This document shows, piece by piece, positions 10,898 to 20,900 of a stretch of 56,115 bases of DNA (positions are counted from its first letter, which is position 1; the number at the start of each line of letters is the position of its first letter). The translations under genes and the position numbers were made by a program. Source of the DNA: Macrostomum lignano (Eukaryota); contig NIVC01004187.1 of the NCBI GenBank assembly GCA_002269645.1, positions 1 through 56,115 on the forward strand, given 5' to 3'. The notes below the pieces were generated by a model. The model had not been told where the DNA came from, made no database searches, and saw only the letters and a program-made list of their open reading frames with translations.

Positions 10898-13820
10898 CAA
10901 TTAGCTGGACTAATTAACCTTAATTATATTTCTTTAGAGCAAATGCCTTTTTGTGGACTCAGCTGTTTTGCCCCATATTGAATATATTTGTCTTTTTTTT
11001 AGGTCAATTATTTCAATATTGGTATACGGCACTGCTTTAGCCTCTTGCTGCAACTGGTTAAGGATTCCTGAACAAGCGGATTCTGCAAAGAGCTTCGTAG
11101 TAAAAGTTAATTTCTTACTGAAGATTAAGCTCAGATTTTTAGTGGCCTACCTACTTTGAGTAGAGTTTGCTGAAAAAACATTTCTGTACATATGGGTCAA
11201 TGAGAATTGCTCGGCAGGCAAATCTCCCGAGGGCGATTCTCATGCTCCCTGCAAGACTTTGGTGATCTTTGGTGAATGCAAGTGATTGTCAGAGTTGAGC
11301 AGGGATATGACTGCAAGAACAATTTTACATGTACAGCGGCTAAGTGCCTAAGGGACTGAAGTACTTTATAAAGGACTGCCTAAAAGTAGTACCTATAGGT
11401 TTGTAAAGTACATTTAAGTGCCTTAGAGGTTTGTAAAGTGTCTTGTACGTCTGAATGTCAATTCCAAGCTTTCGGAATACACTTAAAGGTAATGTTAAAA
11501 TTTTAGCCGCGCGCTTGTAATTTATTGTCATTAACTTGTTTTTAAAGAGTTTATACGGAGTTATGAGCTAATACTTTATTTTAAAATTTTATATTAAGAT
11601 GTTCATGAAAAGCTAGAAACGTTAAACTAAAAAATGAGTCCCTATTGTAACAGACCTAAATGATTTGCTTTAAATTTGTTTAAGGCAAAATGCAAATTGC
11701 TTAGCTTAGCTTAATTTTGCTTTAACTTGTAATTTTTGGCTAACTTTGCCTAACATTAGTAGCACAAGCACAGATATATTCATGTATATGAAAAGAGTTC
11801 TTTTTATTAAGTAACTGCGAGGGTAAACGTAAAAAACACTGACAAAAATCATGTACCAGCAAATGAGCGTCCCGTTAAACATTGCCCCGATAAACCCTAT
11901 ACCAGCCACATGCGCAGGCTTAATTCATTTTCTGCTCAAAAACCAAAAGTATACATGTAAGCCAACGTGCTGGAGAAAACATTTAGTGTCTCAATCAATC
12001 ACATCAGGGGCTTTTTAAAAATTTGAGCTCACATTACTTTTTGTTGAGTTCACAATCATCCGCTTCCGGTACATTTTTTTACCGCTCCTGGTGAATTTTT
12101 GAACAGTATGGATCAAGTATTCAATATCAGTATGGACTGAAAAAATAAAGCGTTAATAGAAGATAGGTAAAATGATATTTCAAGGATCGGAACAACGTAT
12201 TTGTATGTATTAATAGTAAAGCTAAATCATGATAATTACAGGTTAGCTTTTATTTCAAAAGCTATTCCCTGTCAAAACGAACATGACGCAACTCAAAGAG
12301 TGTATGAACTCAACGGTGCCAACCAGACAGTAGCCAACCCGGACCCTTATTATGAACTAAATCCTTATACTTTGTTTCTAATAAGTAAGAGGGCATTTAA
12401 GTTTCGAGAATTCTGTTTATCACCTTTTTATTAAGAAATCGAAATAAAACTTCAATAATTAACTTTGTTAATTGTTAAAACGCTGGAAATTTTATACAAT
12501 TTTTTTAAGTTAGAAGAAAAAGAAAAAATTGCATGGCAAGTTCCATCATAACTGCAATAAGCGCACTAAGACCACTTAAGGAATTAGCCCATAAAATTCA
12601 TGGCCATGACATACAGTACAGGCTAACAGGTGCCAGGAAACAAGTCGGCCGGGCCCCACTGACACAGTCGGGGACGTTAAAATTATTCTATTTAAACATA
12701 CTTTTATGCGCTTTTCTGTAAATTGTAACAGACCCAGGGGCCAGGGCTATGTAAATATGCATTATTTTATTATTGTTTCAATGACTAGGCCTATGAACTG
12801 CATTCCGGTAAGGTATCTCTTAACAACAAATAAGATAGCATAGTTTATGATATTTTGCCTAAAAGTAGTGTTGCTTTTGCAGATTTTTGTCTTTTGATAA
12901 AGCCTACTAAAAAAAGTTTAGGCCTATATAATTATAATTATAGGATAGATATTGCCATATCGGAATATCTTTGGCTTTGCCACTTTTGTATTGAAGTCTT
13001 GGTTAGGAATTGATCTCTTATAATTATATTAGCCTATGCTTCTCAATTATTAATCAGGTCAAGACTCAGCCTATCCGGTCAATTTTGGTTTTGTAAGTTT
13101 CTTAACTTACAAAGTTCAAATACAATAAGACAGTGGGATACTACTTGGCATGTTATGTATGTATTTTTTGTTTCTTTATCTAATTAGAATGAGTATAAAC
13201 TCTTCTTTAATGTGTATTTTTTGTTTCTACTAAAACATTTTCTATGCTTTGCAATTTCATTTTAAAAATAGTATTTTACAATTTTTTATATAATTCAATA
13301 ACCTTACAGTGACCTCACTGGAGTCCCTAACAATAGTAGGGCCTATCTAGACTCTAGATAATATACATGTATGCCAGAAAATTCCAGTGTACAGAGAGAC
13401 CTAGAATATACCATTGGCATATAACTTGGGGTATAGAAAGGCTTGGCATGTCTTCTTGGTATATAGCTTAGCATATAAAGATTACCGAGATCAGTGCTGG
13501 GCAGTAACTAGTTAATTGTTTAACTAGTTAATTAACTAGTTAAATTTTTTTTAAATCATTAAATTTTTGTTAAATTTTTTATGTATTAACTAGTTAACAA
13601 AAATCATTAATTTTTTTCTGTAAGTTAAAGTTAAATGACAAAAGTTAATAATTCCGGGAAATGGAGTTCCCCGGGTTCAAAATCCGTGGGTTTCAACAGC
13701 TTGTATGCCATTTAAAAGTAAAATTAATACATACTTAAAATAATTTCGCCTTTCTAAGCATTATTTAACGTGTCACAAACTATTATATGTATATTATTTC
13801 AGTTACAAGTTATAATGTAT

Positions 13821-13850
13821 AGAATATTCTGGAAGATTCTGGAATCTTCA
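13821..13850. promoter_or_regulatory. Six-unit perfect heat-shock element inside the hAT element
   Basis: aGAAt aTTCt gGAAg aTTCt gGAAt cTTCa = six contiguous alternating nGAAn pentamers. Confidence 0.6.
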
Positions 13851-14006
13851 ACTATTATCTATTGATATTCTACCCAAGGACTACTAGAAGTTATTGTTGT
13901 ATACATGTAATGATTCTGCCTTTCCTGCTGCGCTGCTCCGCATCGCGCTGCATAGATATTTCCTTGTCGCGTTGCACCATACTGTGCCATGTCGCGCCGC
14001 CGCGCG

Positions 14007-14160
14007 ACTTCCCGCGCTGCCGCACAACCTCCCGCACCGCCGTGCAACTTCCCGCGTTGCCGCACGACCTCCCGCACCGCCGTGCAACTTCCCGCGCTGC
14101 CGCACGACCTCCCGCACCGCCGTGCAACTTCCCGCGTTGCCGCACGACCTCCTGCACTGC
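14007..14160. repeat. GC-rich 40-bp tandem repeat (~4 copies) in the core of the hAT element
   Basis: ACTTCCCGCG(C/T)TGCCGCAC(A/G)ACCTCCCGCACCGCCGTGCA; starts spaced exactly 40 bp. Confidence 0.9.
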
Positions 14161-16077
14161 ATCGCGCCACCGCGTGCCGCGACCTGGCCACAGCCGTGCC
14201 GCACCGACCTGAAATTTAAAAAATGCGCCAGACACATGTCCAGGAAAATGTCACTTTTTCTGTTAGGGTTAAAATTAACATCCTCATACATATATTTCAT
14301 GGCTGAGAGAGCTTGCTAAATAACAAAAGGCGACCCTATATTATTAATATTATTAACTTGAAATTTTTAACTTTTCAGAAGTAAAATTTTGAGAAAATGT
14401 TAAATAATTAACTAGTTACAGTTAATTTTTTTGGAGCAATTGAATTAACTTTTTAACTTTTAACGAGTTAAAAAAATTGATTAACTTGCCCAGCACTGGC
14501 CGAGATAGTAAGTGAGACTAAGTTCTAATTTCCAATCAATGTACACATTTGGACAGGGAACAAAAATGATTGTTTTTATTTGGCATTGTTATCATATACA
14601 TAGATAGTAGTTAAATTGTGATAAAAAAGAATAGCTCTTGGCTCTTAAAAAAAAACTAAATTTTAGAAGTTAAAAATAAAACAAAAATAGTTAAAATGAA
14701 CTAGTTCTATTATATGGTTTAGTAAAAAATTTACTAGTTTTTACTTTTTGCTTTTTAAGTATTAAAATTTTGCAAGCAGTTTATATTTGTAAAGTCATAA
14801 TTTTTAATTTTTATTTTGGTATATTTTTGTATATAATAGAAAGTTTGTTGGCTACAGAAACAATTTTCATTTTGGTATACATTGATATAAAATCCTGACC
14901 CTAGAATATCATCCATTATTTTAGCATTGGTTTAGAAAATAAAAATAGACCTATCCAATGTTTAAATCTATCTATATAAAACCTCTAAAGTTACATTTGC
15001 CATGCAATTTTACTTAGTTTTGACCAAAAATATTAATTTTTAACTTAGGCTATTTAAGTCTCTTTTCCATTTTGACTTGAATCTTTTTGTTACTATCTTG
15101 TTTTTTATTTTTTGTTGTCAATTTTGCAACTTAGCCTTGATTTGCCATAATTTATGCTAACTAGATTGGCTAGGTCAGCTAGCAATTGCTTGTACTAATC
15201 AGGAAGGCATAATTTGCATTGGAATAAATTTTAGGAGAACAATCTGTGCATTATCTATATACTTTTATGCATTGATTTTATATAGCTTTTATAAACCTAT
15301 AGCTATAAAACTATATATTGTAGTATATATAGAAATAAAAATGAAAATGCAAGTTGAAAGAACAAATAATTGTTTTATAACAAATTTGCCAAAAAATATA
15401 TATTATATATAATAACTTTAATATGTTTCCAATTTTCTTTTTTTTACAAAAAGAACCAAGTCTAGAATCTATTAAAAGCTATTATTCTTTTCAATATATA
15501 ATTACTTAATTATATTATATTATATTATATTTAATTATATTCAATATATAATTATAATAATGCATAGTGATTAAATTTGTTTTAATAAATATATATAATG
15601 TATTCAGATAATTATCTATATTATCAAGTTTTAACTTGCCTACTTGATGTATACATGTAAGAATAAATTATATCTATGAGTATGAGCTATATTAAGATGC
15701 AATAATATTGGCATATGTATGTATAAGAGCTATTTGTTATATATAGTTGTCATTTGGATATTACTTAATTTTGACCATTGCTTTGCTCCATGGGTTAGAT
15801 AAGAAAGCAATATGATATATTTAAGTTACAATATCAGCTGAAGCACATAATCTGTTGCACCTTCAGTAAGTCAATGACCTTATATACATGAACCACAAGC
15901 ATTGTAATCATATACCTATTGTCAGGCTTACAGCTTTAGCAGTTATTTGAAGTTTGCAAATTGAAGCCAGCTGGCTCAGTTCCTGTTATTAATAGTTACA
16001 GGCTTGTACTATTGCAATATTGCCTATTGGTTTCTTGAACCTGATGAAAGAAACAAATCCTAGACTTTGCTTATCTC

Positions 16078-16450
16078 TGAATAGTATGCTCACTGCTTCA
16101 GCTACTCACCTAGAGTCTGCTCATCTGAATAGTATGCTCCCTGCTTCAGCTACTCACCTAGACTGTGCTCATCTCTGAATAGTATGCTCCCTGCTTCAGC
16201 TACTCACCTAGACTGTGCTCATCTCTTAATAGTATGCTCCCTGCTTCAGCTACTCACCTAGAGTCTGCCCATCTGAATAGTATGCTCCCTGCTTCAGCTA
16301 CTCACCTAGAGTCTGCCCATCTGAATAGTATGCTCCCTGCTTCAGCTACTCACCTAGAGTCTGCCCATCTGAATAGTATGCTCCCTGCTTCAGCTACTCA
16401 CCTAGACTGTGCTCATCTCTGAATAGTATGCTCCCTGCTTCAGCTACTCA
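16078..16450. repeat. 48-50-bp tandem repeat (8 copies) directly upstream of RFC5
   Basis: Unit TGAATAGTATGCTCCCTGCTTCAGCTACTCACCTAGAGTCTGCCCATC; ends ~15 nt before the ATG. Confidence 0.95.
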
Positions 16451-16464
16451 TCCCAGCTGAAGCC

Positions 16465-17335
16465 ATGCCCGAGTCAGGCACACCAGCATCTCGCATTGCC
16501 GATGCGGCAGCCAGCAGCGGCAACCTGCCCTGGATTGAAAAGTACAGGCCTAAGCAGCTGGACGATCTCATGTCCCATCGCGACATTGTGTCCACCATTC
16601 AGCGCTTCCTGTCTGAGGGCCGCCTGCCGCACCTGCTGTTCTACGGGCCGGCTGGCGTTGGCAAGACCAGCACCATCCTGGCCATTGCTGGGCAGATCTA
16701 CTCCAAGCGGGAGTTCCCCACTATGGTGCTGGATTTGAACGCGTCGGACGAGAGAGGCATCGGAGTGGTGCGCAACGAGATTCTCACCTTCGCCAGCACG
16801 CGCACAGTGTTCAGCGCCGGCTTCAAGCTGGTCATCCTTGACGAAGCCGACGCCATGACCAAGGACGCGCAGAATGCGCTGCGCAGGATTATGGAGAAAT
16901 TTACAGCCAACGTCCGGTTCTGCCTGGTGTGCAACTACCTGTCCAAGATCATCCCGGCGCTGCAGTCCCGCTGCACCCGGTTCCGCTTCGCCCCGCTGCC
17001 CTCCGACTCCGTGGCCGCTCGGGTCCGCGACATCGCCGTCGCCGAGGGCGCCAACCTGGATGAGGCCGGCTGCCGGGCGCTGGTCCGCCTGTCCGGTGGC
17101 GACATGCGCCGGGCGTTGAACATCCTGCAGAGCACGGCGCTCGCCTTCCCAGCTGGCGTCGACGAGGCCGCCGTGTACGCCTGTGTCGGGCACCCGTCGC
17201 CTGCCGACATTCGCCGGGTGCTGCAGCACCTCATGAACGAGGAGGCCCCGGCTGCGCACGCCGCAATCCGGGAATTGTGCGCCGACCGCGGCGTCGCCCT
17301 GCTGGACGTTGTCACCGAGCTGCACGAGCTGCTGG
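16465..17335 (+). CDS. RFC5: Replication factor C small subunit 5 (RFC36 / yeast Rfc3 type), exon 1
   Basis: LPWIEKYRP, Walker A GPAGVGKT, LNASDERG, Walker B VILDEAD, AQNALRR, SRC motif, GDMRRALN; close match to metazoan RFC5. Donor G|GTAGGG at 17336. Confidence 0.95.
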
Positions 17336-17345
17336 GTAGGGCCAT

Positions 17346-17887
17346 ATCCCGTTGGAAATGTTACCGTGACAAGCATCGCTAGAGTCATTGCAAACAACTC
17401 ACCAGTGACTCAGGGCGACTCTTGTGACTTTTTTGAACCACTCAAACTGACTGTATTGCGATGGAAAGGCAACTGTTGAGCTGAGAGCGCATCACAAGAG
17501 TTGTAGAATCGTAAGATTTGCGAAAAAGTCGTCCAGAAAGTTGTGTAGACGCTTAACTTTCTACTAACTCAAGTAGACTAAACAGAGTTATCAATTTAAA
17601 ATGCGATTCTAATCCATAAAGTGACGCAGATGCGCTTTAGACTAAACTCTGATTCTACAGCGACTCTGGCACGCCTCAGATACGACTCAACGTCCCCAGG
17701 GTAGCTTCATTGTCACAGACAATAAAATGCCTTAAATTGACTCTTAGGCGATTTTTTTGGCGACTTGTACCGTGGCATCTCGTCGTTTTAGAGTTGTCTA
17801 GAGTCTCTTCTTGTATCCTATTTTACCTGTTGTTACCTGCAATGACTTTGGGACGCTTCTTGGCTTAGGTACCGTTTTCATCGGGTT
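17346..17887. mobile_element. Possible degenerate foldback/MITE relic in the RFC5 intron
   Basis: Imperfect ~55-60-bp inverted arms: atcccgttggaaatgttacc...agtcattgcaaacaac versus the reverse complement of 17829..17887 (aacccgatgaaaacggtacc...agtcattgcaggtaacaac). No clear TSD. Confidence 0.4.
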
Positions 17888-17981
17888 CGCCAACTTGCCA
17901 ATATATTTATGTAATAGATCGCCTACTAAACAGTAGCAGAGAGAAGAAAGCAGCTTATTTTACATCTCGTGCAATCCGCAG

Positions 17982-20900
17982 TGACGTGACGCGAAAGTCA
18001 GGAATTGAATGTTGTTTGAACGAGTATAAATTCTTGCGATATATTTGCAGTAGTAGAATAGTCTAAGTTGCTTGACGAGACACAGATCGAGAGCAATGGT
18101 TTAAATATTGCAACCATTGAAAATATTGAAGTGGAGTATTGAACTATATTGATGCACTGCATGATTGAGCAAGTGGAGGGACTTAAGGGGCGTGGCAAGG
18201 CTAGAGCAATGATGTACACTGAATTGCACAGAGTACGCATTGGTTTACAGAGTACATAGAAGTTTAGCATTGAATAAAGTTAAGTGACTGAGTTAGCAGA
18301 ATAAAGTTAAGCAAAAAACCGCACACAGTTACCCATGCTAGCAAACCAACGAACCGTCACTTCATCTCCCCCCTTCGAATCGAGCTGGCGGCAGGCCCCT
18401 TGTCGAACGAACCGGATAGCGAGGCAGCTTCACCGGCGAGAGGCCGGCGGTCGGCTGCGGCCGATGCAACTCGGTAGCCTCCCCGCCCTGCAGTCCGGTG
18501 ATTTCACCGTCCTCAGCGGCTGCAGTAGCGGTGTCGCTGCCACTGCTGCTCACGTCACTTTGGCAGCTGGTTTGCGGCTGCATCGTATACTCGTCCGTGG
18601 CGCGGGAGGTTGCCGGATCATCGGCTCCGGCCTCGATGCGTTCACTCAGCTGGTCTGCATGCGCCAGGACGGTGCGACCGCCTTGGCGGGCGATGATGGC
18701 CGTGTTCGTCCCTTTCTGACATAGAAACTCGGCCGGCTCGCGCTCCAGCCCTGCGCCCGGTGCGTACCAGATGTTGGCTCTAATTGGCGTCTTCATTGTG
18801 ATAGGATTGCGAAGCTGCCGTCCCATGAGCTGTGCTGGACTTTGGGCCCGACCGGCGTGGGGAATGCACCTGTAATTGAGTAGGAGTCTGAACAGGAATG
18901 AGTCGTACGGCTCCGACGCTTGGTCCCAGGCCGCCGACGCCCTCTTGATCGAGCCAACCATCCGCTCCGCAAGTCCGTTCGATTGCGGATGCCTTGGAGG
19001 AGTTTTGAGGGCTCGACAGCCAATTCGCTCAAGCCAGGACAGCAGTCCAGCGTCGTGATACTCAGCGGCATTATCGCTAACTAGGACGTGCGGGACACCG
19101 TTTCTAGCGAATACTGACTGAAGAGCGGCCTTAACAGTCGCAGCATCGCGGTTTGGTACTCTCAGGACCTCAGGCCATCCCGACATTGCATCGACTAGAA
19201 TGAGCACCAGTCCAACCTTCGGGATTGTGGCGTGGTCCATATGCACGCGATGCCACGGTTCGTCTTCCTTTGGCCACTGATGTACCGTAGGTGTGCCGGA
19301 AGGCCGAATTCGCGTGCAGGTGGGGCAGTTGCGCACGTGCCGCTCCACATCCGTGCAATATCCTGGCCACCAGGCCGAGTTGCGGATGAGTGCGCGAGTT
19401 GCCATGGCTCCCTGATGCGAGTCATTGTGTACCTGATCCAGGACACGCTGCCTGAGTGTCGCAGGAATCACCGGTCGATCGCCGTAGCAGAGAATGCCGT
19501 CGTCTATCACTAAGGCATGGCGAACTGACTTGTACGGTCTCTCAGCTGGGGAGCATCCTGACCATCTGCTTGATGCGACTCGCTCAGCAATATCTTGGAG
19601 TAGACGATCGCGCTGGGTCTCTGCTTGCAGCTCCACCCATGGAATCACCGGGCTGCCAGCCCAATGAACCAGACCTTCCAAGGCAGCAGGTTCTGATTCG
19701 GATAGTTCACCGTCGCATTCAAGGCGAGAGAGAGCATCAGCGTGTGGAATGTGCTCGCCTTTTGTGTAGATCGTGTCAAAATCGAAGGCCATTAGCTTGA
19801 TCGCCCAGCGAAGTAGCCGAGCGTTCGCCACCTTTGGAAGTTGCCGCCGCGCTCCGAAGAGAAACTCTAGAGGCCGATGATCTGTCCGTAGAGTGAATCG
19901 GGCACCGAGAAGGAACTGCTTGGCGCGTTCCATCGCCCAAACGATGGCGAGGGCTTCTCTTTCGATATTCGAATAGCGCGATTCCGTGCTGCTCAACCGT
20001 CTGCTAAGGTATATAACCGGGTGGCCGTTTTGGGTGAGCACAGTGGCGATGGCCCTCTCACTGGCATCCGTGGTAAGAGTCGTCTCCTTGGTCTTGTCGT
20101 AGGGCTGTAGGACTGGCGCACTGCTAAGAATGGCTTTGATTCTCTCGAAGGCCTGAGTCTGATCGGCTCCCCAACTGAACCTTGCGTTCTTGGTTCGTAA
20201 CCGGTTGAGTGGCTCGATGATCTGTGAGTAGTTGCGAATGAATCTGCCAAAAAAGTTGGCAAGGCCAAGAAAAGATTCTAGTTGCTTCTTGTCTCCAGGA
20301 GTCTTGACGGCGCGAATCCGATCGACCAGATTTGGATCAGGAGAAATTCCTCTCTCGCTGACTCTGTACCCGAGAAATGAGACCTCCCTAGCCTTGAGGG
20401 TTGATTTTTCCAAGTTGATTGACATTCCTGCCTTCTTTAGGATAGCTATGACATTTTGGACCTTTGAGTCGATCTCTGAGTCAGATTTTCCGCCGAGAAG
20501 AATGTCGTCCTGATAAACTATCTTGCCGGTGATGTCGGCAAGGACTGATTCCATTGCCTTTTGAAAGATAGATGATGCTGATTTGAGGCCTGGAACGAGA
20601 CGCTTATAGCGATAGAGGCCCAAAGGTGTGGCGATGGTGGTGATCTCTCTGCTGTCTTCGTCCAGCTCTATCTGTAAATAAGCATCTGAAAGGTCGATTT
20701 TCGAGAAGTGCGACATTCCAGAGGTCTCCGCAAAGATTGTCTCCATCTCAGGCATCGGGTACGTATCGTTGTACACCTGATGATTAACTCCTGCTTTGAA
20801 GTCAGCACAGACGCGCACCTTTCCGTTAGGTTTCAGCACGCTGACAATTGGTGAGGCCCACTGACTCCCTCCGGCTGGAACAGGCTCGATTATCTGCTCA

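Larger units (their letters stand above)
13492..14498. mobile_element. Non-autonomous hAT-type DNA transposon (~1 kb)
   Basis: 12-bp TIR CAGTGCTGGGCA...TGCCCAGCACTG; 8-bp flanks ACCGAGAT / GCCGAGAT (7/8 TSD; 8 bp is the hAT size); subterminal TAACTAGTTA palindromes; no transposase ORF. Confidence 0.85.

Noticed and set aside
11340-16070. Very AT-rich block as a large DNA transposon, Helitron or viral insert
   Set aside because: Apart from the nested hAT element I found no termini, TSD or coding remnants.
17336-17382. RFC5 C-terminus as given by the ORF track (GRAISRWKCYRDKHR*)
   Set aside because: Intron read-through; the homologous C-terminus is at 22623..22807.
16474-17397. Antisense and alternate-frame ORFs over RFC5, gag-pol and both GPCRs (also 43841..44662, 52928..53689, 52956..53672)
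   Set aside because: Expected shadows of GC-rich codon usage; no recognisable motifs.
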